A stretch of 63,994 nucleotides of DNA, filler included, from Dicyema japonicum (taxonomy: Eukaryota; Animalia; Dicyemida): NCBI GenBank assembly GCA_011109175.1. It is 7 parts of 7 records of this genome, joined end to end, with 100 filler letters (N's around TTAATTAATTAA, not from the genome) between each part and the next. Parts side by side here need not be neighbours in the genome. Positions count along the whole stretch, not along the records: positions 31,697 to 43,009 come from RDEW01000036.1; positions 43,110 to 53,387 come from RDEW01000034.1; 5 more parts are not named here. One strand, written 5' to 3'. Positions 39,201 to 52,005 of the stretch are shown one piece after another. A program made the translations under genes and the position numbers. Within the stretch, counting starts at the first letter, position 1, and the number at the start of each line of letters is the position of its first letter. The notes below the pieces were generated by a model. That model had not been told where the DNA came from and searched no databases. It saw only the letters and a list, made by a program, of their open reading frames with translations.

Positions 39201-40199
39201 ATCCGCCGTTTGTCGAGTTGGGTTGGATTGATTTTATTCTAGATTTTTTTGCAGAATTTAAAGAAAATAATGGCATTTTACTCCCAGTTTTGAATATCAT
39301 TGAAAATCTAACTAAATTCAAGAAAATTCGACCACTTGTTTGGAATAGTAGGTTGGTTCATTATTTAATGTATGTTTTGAGTTATTATGAAAGGGAATAC
39401 ACCTATCCAGATTATTGGTCGCATATCTCTTTGTGGAACTTAAATGCTTAATTCGATTGAATTTTCGTACGATCAAAGTTTGTCTGAGAAGATTCCTGTG
39501 ATAATTTCTGAGTTTACTAGTTGGAATCATGATGGTAACTTGTAGGACGAATATCATCGGTATTACATCAATTTAATAAAGGTGTTACTTTAGCTGAACT
39601 TATTGTTTAATATTTTTTGTCACAGATTTTTCAAAATTTAATAATCAATTAAAAACAATCTAACAAAAATTTCTCAATTTATAATTCAAATTTCTCCGTT
39701 TGTACAAGAGAAAGGTAATCTATGGGTAATCTTCAATGAGATTTTATGAATATTTAGAAGAGTCCAATTGTATTTTTTAAACTGCAAAAATTTACTAATT
39801 TTTCATGGTTGGTCTAGGGTGCAACTAAATTGGCTGGACGTTTAGGGTAGTTAGTTTGCGTTCAATCGCTGTTCAATGAGATCTTATTTTGTTTCGTTGA
39901 TTGTCGGTTCGCTTAGGAGCATGTCCCGGTCCTCCTCAAAAAAATATGAATATTATATGTAACAGTATGAACAGTGACGATTTATAAGACTGTGACATAC
40001 TATTTTTTTATAAAATAATTAATAACAATGACAAATCAATAAAGTCAGATATTATGGCAAGGTCTCTATTATGGCCTGCATGCATTGACACACAATGCAT
40101 GTTACTTCACATTATCGAGCGCCCAAATTGATGAAGGTTTATTGTAATTATTAGGTTGATGTAAATTATTAAAAATTGTTGTACAAAGCTGTTATATAA

Positions 40200-40760
40200 A
40201 TTTTTGAGCTCTTCTTTATAATTGCCTACAACACATTCATTTTTGAGTCCCTTGGTCAAGACTTTGTCCACGCGATGAGAGAAGATCTTTACTGAGTCCT
40301 AAGTATCTCCGAGAATCATCCATTACTCAGTATTGAAATCCAAGGTACACTTCGGTCTCAAATTTAGACTTCAAATCTGAAGTGAATATAGTGAGTTTGC
40401 CGTATACACGGTATGATAATTAATACCAAGCAATCATTCGCACGTTTAGGTATTATTGTCAGCGGAAGCACCGACTGATTGGGATCTGTTTCTAGCGGGA
40501 TCATAAAATATCATCTGCATAAGCTACGAACATCATTTCTGGTTTATTAACATTTGGGAAATCAGATAAATATAGGTTTAATAAAGTAGGTGACATCGAG
40601 TATTTTTTCGGTACATTGTTCGGCCGTAGGTGAAATATTGAAATCGTCAATGTACGCTTACTTTCAGATATGGTACTTCTTCATAAACATGCTCAGGACT
40701 TTAGAGAATTATATGATGTATGGTTCGTATTATTTTAGAAATATATTTCTGAACATTAAA
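40200..40760 (-). mobile_element. LINE RT remnant
   Basis: SPTLLNLYLSDFP, FVAYADDI, RYLG. Confidence 0.75.
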
Positions 40761-40999
40761 AAGTAGTTATGAACACCTTCAATAGATTAATTCAAAGGGA
40801 GAACGTGTGTTTGTGCATTTCAAATCCATCCTCCAATAGTGAATTAAAGGCTTTCACTTTTGAAGAAAGTTGGAAAGTAGTTCCGGTCTCTTCCACTTTC
40901 ATTACACGTCCTACCTCAAGGACATAACTTCATTCTCAGGAGGAAGAGTTGTCATAATGGTTATCTTGACCAGTTGACTTGATCAGGGAAAAAATAAAT

Positions 41000-41450
41000 A
41001 GCAACATTTTTCGTTGAGATCTGCGGAGGAGTCGAGTAATAAATTTTCTCAAGTCCTTCTAATGTTTTTGGCATTTTATTTTTTAACGGAAGAAGTGTCC
41101 ACACATGTGGCATCCCAAACAAGTGAGTTTCCATCCGAATATAGAATTAATAACATTTCATCTGATTTCTTTTCAAGCCTAAGGGTTCCAGTTGAGCCGG
41201 GAACCCGGCGATTCTGAAGGCCTATAGAACAACGTCATTGAGAGCAGCGTGGTGAGGGAAGACAGAGGATGTAGACCTTTGGTATCAACGTACCTTTCAC
41301 AACGGGATCTGTATTGCAGGTATACGTCCGATACGATCCTCAAGAAATTCTTATCAAAAAGTGTTCCGAAAGACGAATGGTAGGGCTTCATGTTACTTAT
41401 ATATCCATAATCCTTTCTAAAAGTTCTCTCGCGACATAAATACACGTCCA
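41000..41450 (-). mobile_element. Divergent CRE-clade RLE fragment
   Basis: GLHPLS, GFPAQLEP, SLVWDATCVDT. Confidence 0.75.
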
Positions 41451-41619
41451 ATATCGACATATCATCAAGATAAATACTCTCACGCTCAGAGTGTCTGCAC
41501 GTAAACTCAGTCATAAAGATGACATACTCGACTAACTATAAAATATTTCCTAGTTTGTAAGAAATCGATCAAAGAATTTGATTAAAATATTTGAGCAAAT
41601 GTAACAAAATTGCAAAATC

Positions 41620-43009
41620 GAAAGCGTTTAAAAGAGGAAACCGCCAATCTTGCGGAGGCATCATCAAAGCTGCAAGTTAACAAATCTTCAAACGTTGCTC
41701 CTTCTTCAAAGACGGCTTATCATTTTGATCCACAAACATATGAACATCCTTTGCTTTTATACTACAGATCAAAAAACCCACCAAAACCTTTCCACGTCGA
41801 CACAGTCAATCAGATTCCTTACTCTAATAGCATAAATACCTTGCCTACCTCTTTCGGGGTTAATCAACTTCTCAGTGAGTGCTTCCTCCTCATATTATGG
41901 AATATGATCATTGTCCAACTACAAATCAGTGACACCACAAACCACACTATCAAATACGATTACTTCTTCACAACATGGAAGTTCTAAAACGTCACCACTG
42001 AGGCAAACTTCACTCAGAAGGTTCATAATCGGAGTTCAATCTCCTCCCTCTGCTCATTAATCTCAGGAATCGTATTTAGCTCTTCGATGGTAGTGATTTA
42101 TCATCACTGCAGTATTAATTAGACAAATTACTCATTCCTATTCACATCCACAGTCGTTTTCTCTGGCAAATCTGATTCCTCCACCACTGGAACAATCTGA
42201 GCTTCAGAAAGACCATCGTAGCACGATTACTCAAGGTATGTCGGTTGACCTAAAGTAAGTAAGGACCAAACAGAAAGTTCCAAGATGTTAATGCGACACT
42301 GCTTGTTCTCTAAAAGTGTGAGTGGTTAGACTGCTTTTCTACAAAAATTCCCGCCAATTCACCTTAGAAAAATTTAGCGGCATTTTTAGCAGGTATATTT
42401 CTTCTATTAAAAGTGAATTCTGACTATTTATAAATTCCACTTTTTAAAGGCTCTTTCCTCACATTCAGTCACAGCGTCCTACAAATCAGCACGTGGGTAG
42501 AATACAGATACTCTCTTCTCCACATTCTTTGCCTCACTTTCATTCATAAGCTTCTCTTACTTATCCCTATAATCACGACACAGTTTCCTTAGCTACAATA
42601 ATTGTTGACAAACCTTAGCCACGTGCTCAGACAAAGTGGAATTGGTGGAATTGAGGTTCATTGAAGCAGTGCTAAAAGTCATTTACTCACAGAACCTCTG
42701 GGAAGTGCTCGATTACACCAGTTCATTAACAGGCAGGGATTGGGTCTGCCTTTCTTCTGCCAAATCAGATTTCTCAGCTTTCACATCCATTAAACACCGA
42801 CTAAGGGACTCCACTTCTGATTCTAGGAGCTCAAATTGGGAGCTACAAGTCAAAGGAGTTACTAACATCTTCTCTTTTAGCCTATTCAGCTCCAAATCCT
42901 CGTATTCGTTGTCCAAATGTGAAACACGTCCTCCAGCGGGCATTTCGGTCACAATCTGACTGTTTGTGTTCTTTAAGGCCTCTAAACGAGCCAAAGTCTG
43001 AGAAACAAG
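41620..43009 (-). pseudogene. Intron-rich coiled-coil protein gene, probably decayed
   Basis: Heptad-like E/K/L-rich frames (e.g. ORF 42713-42994) are interrupted by candidate 21-26 nt GT-AG introns at 42843-42866, 42698-42718, 42593-42613, 42250-42271, 42107-42131, 41762-41787 and 41670-41693. Residual in-frame TAA stops and frameshifts remain. Confidence 0.55.
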
Positions 43010-43699
43010 NNNNNNNNNNNNNNNNNNNNNNNNNNNNNNNNNNNNNNNNNNNNTTAATTAATTAANNNNNNNNNNNNNNNNNNNNNNNNNNNNNNNNNNN
43101 NNNNNNNNNAGTGTGTGATAACCCAAAATGATGGTTTCGCAGATTAATGAATTATTGGATAGGTTATTAGAGAATTATTAAATTTTGTAATATTTTGTGT
43201 CACCGTCACATCAATGCAGTCGGCATATAAGTGGACAGCATCAAAATGTTATTTATATTAATGACGTCCATATAAAATGTATCTTATTTTTTTCTAAGTC
43301 CCATTTTAAACCTATTTAAAATGGTTTAATGACTTCTGGAAAACTAAGATAGACAACAAAACCAACCTAACGTCATAAGTGTATCCAGTTAACACTACAG
43401 AAATAATCCTCTGAGCGAAATCGTGTTAATCCTGTTAATCCTTATTTTCATAATAGCTCGTAAATATATGGACATTTTATTTCTCATAACATTCTTATGA
43501 AAATTGAGAATATTTCTTTACTATCCAATATGAAGGAGATTCATTATTATGCTGAAATTGTCCGGACATATTATAATGTTGTTATTTTTATAATTTATAA
43601 TTATATTAATGCGCAATAAAGTTAATTCATATTCAGTGATCATTTTATTAATAATATTACTAATAAATTAAATTTTTGACGTGTATGTTTGTTTCTACT

Positions 43700-44420
43700 A
43701 AGCACAAATATTTCAAATGGACCAATTACGAAGTATCCAACAGAGAAATCATTAAAAACGTAGATATTATGGTCCATGAGTAGTTCGGAACACAAGAATC
43801 TAGTGATAACTTCTCAATCTGGTGTCGTGTAAATTGTCTTTCCAATCTTGTCTCTTCACAGGGAATCAGTCATAAAGTCAAGTATGTTGACAAAGTCATG
43901 TGGCCCACTGAATTGGTCATGGCTGCTCAAAGAAGATTCACAAAATTCGTCATGGAGAATGGCCGATGATTGCACGTGCCTTTAAGAAAAATATCTTAAG
44001 TCCCATTAGTTGTGGATTTGAAGACACTCAAAAAGTCTAATGATTGACTAATATCCTCAATAGAGAAGAGCAATTGCAAATATGGAATAAAGACAAAACC
44101 GAAGCTGCATCTCCAACAGATATCCAAACTTGAAGCATTGAAGGAGAATATCAGATTTGATGTAGAAATGATGAGTCAATTAGATACCGTAAGAATAAAA
44201 GGGTTAATGTTGACGAATTGATACTGAACGAAATTAATTAATTAACAAAGAAGAAACGAACAGAATTCAGGGAACATAACTGGTATTCGAACTTAACCAG
44301 AGACTTTTTTATAAAAATATCAATGAGGAGGAAGAAAATGAGAATTTTGCTTTAACGAAGATGAACATCGTCCAATTTATATAAATTGGTTACAAAGTGT
44401 GTTAATAGAAAATCGACAGA
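43700..44420 (+). mobile_element. R4-like element N-terminal remnant
   Basis: Broken frames with FELNQRLFYK-like motif typical of the region upstream of R4-type RTs. Confidence 0.4.
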
Positions 44421-45044
44421 TCTATTGAAGCACACCATCTGATTTAATTAGTTCCCAGAATAGGATCTATTTTAAATCCATAGCAACTTCACATCTGACT
44501 TCTTGTTCTCAGATCTAAATATTCCCTGATGTGACAGGAAGCAAGCTTGAGTTTTCCGAAAGGTACAATCTCCTGAAAAGATTAGGACCAAAACTCATCG
44601 AAGGGGTTAACAATTAAATCAATTGCTTCCTATTGGATTTCAACCTAGACTACCATCGCAATACATAATCCAAGAAGCGAATAGTCAACATTGATGAGGT
44701 CTTAACCAGCAGTCTTGTTATTTCAGAGAATATAATTGTTAATATAATTCCAACTGGGGAGAGATTGAAGATCTACGACTGGAGCTTGTAAAGACCTCAG
44801 TTCTCAAAGGATTGCCAAGCCAAAATTATTCAAAATTTTTATTGTATATTGAAGTTTTTCTATATTAGTTTCTATTAATACTGAATTTTATTTTTTTTCA
44901 TCTGATCCGATGAGAGTTTATCTTTCAGCAGATTTATATACGATTAATTTATCAATAGCGTCTGAGAAAGATTCATTTCACGGCATTCTAAGATTAATGT
45001 AATTAAACCCACCTTCATTGTTAATATTTCTTTGTGATAATTCA

Positions 45045-45280
45045 ATATTCGAGGGGGGATCAAAAAATGCATTTCTCCTCTTTGTTTTCATTTCTTGGGT
45101 GTATGTTTTTTTTTATAGACGATCCGGTTCCGCAGTGAAGTTCATTGATGACGGAGCCACTCATCAAGTCAAAGCATATTGATGCGTGGAACCTTCAACC
45201 GAAATATGAAGTATCGTGATTCGAACTAGCGACCTTCAGGCCTCTTGACCAGCAACCGTCACACAACGCCACCTGCCCTG
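45045..45280 (-). mobile_element. tRNA-derived SINE, near full length
   Basis: A-box-like TGGCGTTGTGTG, B box AGTTCGAATC, core ACTGCGGAACCGGATCGTCTATA shared with 54255-54520. Confidence 0.75.
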
Positions 45281-46819
45281 GAAAAACAAGGCATCATACT
45301 CATATGTGGTAGCTGCTGACCACTACATCTAAATTCAAAGATAACTCTAATAGATATCTCAAAAAATACTTTCCGAGGTAGTGAAGCTTACAAAGTCTTG
45401 AAAGATGAAGATCACTTGTGTTTATTGTCTTAGTGTAACAGATAATCCAAGCGTGTCTTAGTAGCTTACTCGTCTTTCCCAGTGTTTTTTTTGATCTGAC
45501 GCACTTTCTGTACGTTTGTGCTACATGTAGATCAATAGAATATGTCATTCAAGATTCCTTCCAATGAGGAATTTCAGGTTTTAACAAGACTATCCTTGAC
45601 ACTTCTTGAATCAGACAACCTAGTCGCGTACAGGTAAAGATTCTTCAGTTACCTCCTGATGAATACAATCCAAATACATTGCGGACCATATCCTCATCAA
45701 AGAAATCCGAAGACTCGTTTGGGACGTACTACTGGATAGCCCTCCTCTTATTGTGAAGACCTTAGCAGAAGACCTTAATGAAGACCTTAGCAGACTTTCT
45801 AGTGTTTTATGAAAGCCTTCAAAAAGTTTAGTTCTCATTGGGAGGAGATGGTGTTGTTAAATTGTTTAGAAACACTGCATCATCGCTGCTATATGTAAGA
45901 ATATCGTTCAGGAAGAGCTTCTACACGATAAGTGACAGAGGAGATCTTACTGGACGAAGTTTAGCAGACACTTACTTATTTTGTAGAGAATGCTACTGCA
46001 TCTTCGCTCAGTTCATTTAGGAAGTTACGATCCATATTTTAAATTGTTCTGAATGTCAGAAACAAAGGTGTTCCTTGTAATTAACTTTCCTGTGACAGAG
46101 TCAATAGAATTGTTAGGGACTTTTGATGCCTCTGAGCGGATCATTTAAGACTGATTGTACAAATTTCCCACAATGGTCTAACGTAAGGACACCCAATTTC
46201 AAAGATTGAGTTTAATAACTTTAAATTTATTTTTTTGAAACCACGTGCTGTCGATGGACAACTTTGATATCTGTCCTTCTGAAGGTTTTTCCAAACGTTT
46301 TCTAGTTAATTCTGATTCATTAAACAATCTATTGGTTTTTGATGTGCTTATGGATATACTGTTTCTTTGATTTGTAAAAAGCTTTTTTCTTGTTTCAAAG
46401 AATTGTCTTCAATAATAAAATTTGTTATTTGTTCAAATATTTCCTGGTTATTTTTTTCTTAGGGCTTTTAGCCCGTACATAATCATAGAAATCAAAATTT
46501 TCATCGGAATTTTATAAATTTTATATTTTGCAGAAGGTGATATATCAACTATTTCGGATATTTTTTTCACAGGAATATCGTTTTTTAATCTTAGAATTTT
46601 ATTAAATAAATCGAATGTGAGTTTTTCTTATTTTTCGGGTATTTACATTATAAACATTGTCTTCCTAATGTTATTTATCTTTAATTTATATATTTTTCAT
46701 TTTTATTTATAATATTTGGATCGTTATTTATCTTTTTATTATTATATAGCACAACGTCTTGCCATTGGAAATGACAAAACCAGTGCAGTACCAAACATTA
46801 ATCTTTTAGTTAATTTTCT

Positions 46820-47372
46820 CCACTTTCCACGATCCTGAGCCAAATCCCTCAAGTAATCCATATCACCAGCTATAAATAGGAGTGCGGAGTCGGCCAATTC
46901 TAAATATAAATCTGAGTAGAATTCATAAATAGAGCCGGATCTTTGTTAATCCAACCACTGTGAGGTGCGTATACATTGATAATGGAGACAATGTCAGTGC
47001 TTGCTTTGGCATTCATAAACATCATTTGTAAAACTCCGATGCGGTCATTAACTGCCCATACTTCGTAGATATGGGGGAGAAATTCCATTTTGATGGCAAA
47101 ACCCAGTCCATAGTGCCTGTTGACAGTCGGGAGAAAGATCACTTTAAATTTACCACATGTTTCTTCGTGGTTATCTTGGATTTTGGTTTCCTGTAGTTAA
47201 CCGATTGCGACATCGTAATTATGTAGGTCTTGAGAGACGGAGGTCCTTTTCCAAGAAGAGGTTAGGCCTCGGACGTTGAATGAGAACAGCGAGAATTTCT
47301 CCAAAAGATAAGGTTCGTACTTTTCAGACATGTTAATACTTTATTAGAGCCTCGTCACCAGCTCAAACAAAA
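46820..47372 (-). mobile_element. RTE-like LINE 5' end (APE endonuclease)
   Basis: FSFNVRGL, LQETK, GLGFAI, VNDRI, INVYAPH, IAGD; preceded by the conserved 5' hairpin motif. Confidence 0.88.
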
Positions 47373-48653
47373 CTTTTGAATTTTATCTTTATCTTATTGG
47401 GAATTGTATTTAAAATAATAGGATCATTATTTATCTTTCTTGGATGCACTGTAATAATATTAAAAACACATATTTTCGTCTCTCTCCTTGTACGTAATAG
47501 ATCGTCTGGAATTTCAAATGTTTCTTCTACTGATTCATCTTCAGAAAATGCATTAATTATTCAATTTCATTTTTGCTTCTTGTTCCTGAAGAAATCCCCA
47601 TAAAGACATTAAGCGGCATATGTCGAGCATTGCATGCATGGAATTGTTATAATCATTTACTAGCTTTAGGAATTTGAATATATCCTCCGAATATACCACT
47701 TGAATTTCTAAAGCCAATATCCACTTCTTTATGGATTGGTTTAACCTAAAGATGATATATATAACCTCTCTACTTACCATGGTATCCAAGATGCTCTTGG
47801 ACGACCAAAACTTGTTTCGTGCCAAATTCTTTTTAAACTTCGTCAAATGTATAATTTTGGTATTCTTTTCCATTTTAGTTATACACTAAGACTGGCGTTC
47901 GAATTACGCATGATATCCCTTTTACTATGTTCGATATTTGAAATGCAGATTTTGAGGGTCAACGACACCAAATTTGCACAAGAATATATCAGTACAAGAA
48001 TCTTTTAATAAAATGAAATTAGACCCAATATTACTCCTCGTTAAGTTTCGAATATTTCCTAAACTCAAAAGGATTTCTGTCACGTTGAGCATATGCTATT
48101 AATGGTGTAATTGTTGGTTTAGTGGACATCAATCGCAGAGACTAAATTAATTATAAAGTTAAAACTGACAGAGAGCACACTCTCCTTTTTATCAAGCGTC
48201 ACAGGAGTGGTCTTATTAATCTGTAGTGACTCTCTAGCAGGATGACTCTGGATGAAGACTCGTTACAGCGTTCCAGAACTTGACTGCAGGTAATTTCCCC
48301 GGGGAGAATAGTTGGATCTTCTTGATGCCACCCGGACATGGACGTCGACTCAGTAAGCTGGATCCATTGACGCCATCGCAATGAAGGAAAATAATTTATG
48401 ACCATACAGCACATAACATCACATGGTGTCACGCGGCCAAAAACTAAATTATATGATATTTAAAAATATTATAAATTTTTTCATCTTTCTTATTTAAATA
48501 ATAATTTAATTTAATAAGTTTTATAAAAGATACATAAATCATACTTTCACAATTAATTAAAGTACTGAAGTTTATTGGAAATTTATTTCTAATTTACGAG
48601 CAAGTCTCCAGCCAATGGCGTGTCCAGACTATGGGCGGGGACATAACACAGTG

Positions 48654-49521
48654 CTGGTAGAAAAAAAACCGGTTTTGCAGTTACGGTTTTGCAGTTACAA
48701 AAAGTAAACTTGCTAACTACTTGATAAGAGATACAGCCTTTACAACACATCCTCAAACTGTCAGCGTTGTATGCCTCAATTCAGAATGGGAACTCTTTTT
48801 TCGATAACAGAGTTGCCTTTTTAGTTAGAAATTCTGAAAAGATGCTTCATCAGAGAAAATAGAAGTTTTCAAGCTCCATTATTATTCCGAAATAAAATTT
48901 CGGACAATTTAAATCTTTTTAATATTTTTTCGTTGATAACAACAATTTACGTTAACATACTCTTCCAAATAAAAAATTAGAATTTAAGTAATCCTAATTG
49001 TCTTTCTTGAGAGACTCTTACTAGTAAAATGTTTTTTTTTATTTCTCAAAGTGTTCCAATATTTTTTTGATCTTCAATGTCTGTAATAGAAATCAATGCC
49101 TGCATTTTAAGCTTTTTAGGAGGTCCGAACCAGGAAACCTCTCAGAGTTTCGATATTTTTTGAATNTTTCAAGCTCCATTATTAATCCGAAATAAAATTT
49201 CGGACAATTTAAATCTTTTTAATATTTTTTCGTTGATAACAACAATTTACGTTAACATACTCTTCCAAATAAAAAATTAGAATTTAAGTGATCCTAATTG
49301 TCTTTTTTGAGAGACTCTTACTAGTAAAATGTTTTTTTTATTTCTCAAAGTGTTCCAATATTTTTTTGATCTTCAATGTCTGTAATAGAAATCAATGACT
49401 GTATTTTAAGCTTTTTAGGAGGTCCGAATCAGAAAACCTCTCAGAGTTTCGATATTTTTTGAATATTCGAAAAAAAATCTCCAATTATTTTGTGACTGAA
49501 AAACCGATTTTTTTCCACCAG
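48654..49521. mobile_element. Non-autonomous TIR element (MITE-like)
   Basis: Left CTGGTAGAAAAAAAACCGGTTTTGCAGTTAC versus reverse complement of the right end CTGGTGGAAAAAAATCGGTTTTTCAGTCAC. The internal ~300-bp duplication around the N at 49166 is probably an assembly artefact. Confidence 0.7.
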
Positions 49522-49814
49522 TTCATAAATTTTTTACTTTGAAGTTTCCATCATCAATTAAGTTCTCATTATGTATGACTAAAAATTATGATAACATAGA
49601 TTAGTTCTGGTGTCTGTCTTACTGGTCATATTATCAATCAAGTTCCGGATCTCTTTGCTTGCCATGACCACCATGTCTTGATGTGAAAGTAATGGATTTT
49701 TGGGACCGTCCTGTCTTAATGGCTCGCTTAACAGACAGTACTCACTTAGTCGTAAGACTATTTTTAATTGAAACAATATTTATTTATCATTAATTAATAT
49801 TTGATTAATATATA

Positions 49815-49980
49815 ATTGTTGGCTGCAAGGTCCTCGTTATTCCAATAGTATTGATGTGGGAAGGAATTCCCAAAAGTACCACTAGGGTCATCTGAAGCAG
49901 TTGGGGTAGTTAGTAAGCTCCATCTACAGTCCATTGTATTAAAGCAAACCCTAAAGAGCCTCACAGTGTAGTATAAGAGG
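49815..49980 (+). mobile_element. R4-like RLE C-terminal fragment
   Basis: GCKVLVIPIVLMWEGI..KYH..HLKQLG...LQSIVLKQTLKSL. Confidence 0.65.
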
Positions 49981-50869
49981 CAGTGCCCGGAGATGCCATA
50001 TGGGCAGAGGGTTTAATTGGACAAGGCGCTCTCAGAGTTATTTCAGCGACCAGAATCGAACCTGCCTGGGGAAGCTGGCGAACAGGCAGGCGATGAAGGT
50101 TGTTGATTATTAAATCTTAACTTTTTATTGTTAGTTAAATTAAGTGGGGGTAAATTAATATATAAATTGTTAGTTAGCTAAACAATATTGTTACATCACA
50201 GCCTGCTTAATAGCCGCCATCATCAAGATCGACTTTCCATAGGTTGTTAAAAAGGTTGACAGTAGAATAATTGTGTCCAGAGTTGCCAGATTGATAGTAT
50301 CCACGTGATGGTCAACCACAAGAATTGGCACAACGTTCCTCTACAATGCAGTGACTGACCTATCTATAGGAGCGACCAACATTTTCTCCGTCTTATCTAA
50401 TAGCAACTGCCCTCCTACAAATTAGTGAGGCTGGGGTTACTCAACTAACTAACTAACATGACAGCCTATGGAAGCTAAAGGGTTGTCAATTTAACCCACC
50501 TTTTTCACGTTTTTCAATCGGTGATAGATCACATTGTACAAGATAACTCAGTGTCCTCAATTTATGATTCCTGAACTAATGAATCTTTAGAGGAAGCACT
50601 GAAAATGTCCTTTAAAAACAACCATTATTTTATAGAATTATAGCGGATCAATCTCCTTCTACAAAAAAATTAAAAAAAGTTGTTTCAGATTTCCCAATTA
50701 CTTTCTTGAATTCCTTAAATGTGGATCGAATAAGCGAGTAAAGGTCGAATATTGATTAATGCCTGTCTATGTTAAGACCCTCAGAAAACATTGTTGTGTG
50801 CAGATATGTTCCACGTGTATAATGGGCTCATTCTTCATCCGTACATTAAATAAAGGGATTTTTACTTAT

Positions 50870-51150
50870 GTGTAAACCACATTGGCCAAAAAAAGAGTAT
50901 TTATTTGAAATTGAGAAAAAATCATATATTAATCATAAACTGTGTCCCAGTGGAAGCATTACGATCTACTATGAAGAACCGTGTCCACATCGTAGAACTC
51001 CCATTAGGATTCTTCTCAAAATACAGCAAAGTCACTTCCTGAGAGCAGTTGAGTCGCTGGTGGGAAACTCAAGAAGAGTTGGGAACTTTTTAAGGCTAGA
51101 GTCACCTAATCAGTTGGTTTAACATTTCTTGGTGGTTTCTTGGTTTAATT
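50870..51150 (+). mobile_element. LINE 3' end, degenerate hairpin tail
   Basis: FLRAVESLVG...; AGAGTCACCTAA...GGTGGTTTCT. Confidence 0.5.
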
Positions 51151-51324
51151 ATAATGTGATCATCAGCACACCCCCGACGTAATCATTACTCATTGGAGAA
51201 GTTAGGAAAAAATTTGATTCACTTACGAAAATCTAAAAGATTAGTTAAGTTGGAGAAATTCTGAAAATAATTTTGCTTCTGTTTCAAGTAAGCAATAAAG
51301 TTTGAAATAAGCGACGAAATACAG

Positions 51325-51470
51325 TCATCTCAAAAGTATCCATCCCCTCTCCTGCAGAAAGTCAAACGGATCAGGTTTTAACATCAATGCATTCCAGTTT
51401 ATAAAGTATGGTTTCGCATATGCCAAGTTTTCGATTATTAGCCTTCTCCATCCATTTGTCGTCTTCTTCG
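51325..51470 (-). pseudogene. SPT16 (FACT large subunit)-like fragment
   Basis: INWNALMLKPDPFDFLQERGWILL resembles the SPT16 segment [26 protein letters not shown]. Short and degraded. Confidence 0.45.
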
Positions 51471-51839
51471 CCTACTGATTTCGTCAAGATCATCTGCATT
51501 CACAAGTCAGCCCCAATCTTCAAGAATCATCTCCAAGACGCTTATTTGTAGAACTAAAAAAATTTATGAAAACATTTTGATAAAACGTCACCACATTATT
51601 GGTTTACTTAGCAATATTTGTAGATAAAATAATATTTAATAAAATTAGACGAACAAAATCAAAGATAAATAGAAACAGAAAAGATACCACATAGACGAGA
51701 ACCAAAAGGACATTCAAAAGCGCTATTTTAGTAATATGGTTTACCGTATATTAAATTAAATTTTGTAAATTATTAAATTAAATAATTTATTTTCATGTAA
51801 TAATATTTTCATATATCTTCGAATTTAAAATTTTTTCAC

Positions 51840-52005
51840 TTTGGCTGAACGCAGTGTGCGATTACATCGAATGTGACTGTAATGGCATTGATCCGAAAAA
51901 TGGACTTTATAGAGAAGGTCAATTCTCCCAACCAGATCCCACCCATGATGTGACGAGTCCTTCTTACACTACTCAGATATTAAAAGGGATCTCTTATCTT
52001 TTCAC
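51840..52005 (+). pseudogene. CDK/CMGC-like kinase fragment (subdomains V-VIa)
   Basis: Frameshifted DYIECD...MDFIEK...SYTTQILKGISYL resembles the CDK pattern EYxxxDLxxF...SYxYQILxGIxY. Confidence 0.35.

Noticed and set aside
41610-41987. 125-aa plus-strand ORF
   Set aside because: Shadow of the minus-strand intron-rich gene; no recognisable domain.
42520-42700. TAA reassigned to a sense codon (RFCE*MT, RDK*EK)
   Set aside because: The intact GET4 frame has no in-frame TAA/TAG, TE ORFs end in TAA/TAG, and the same locus has frameshifts. Pseudogene decay is simpler.
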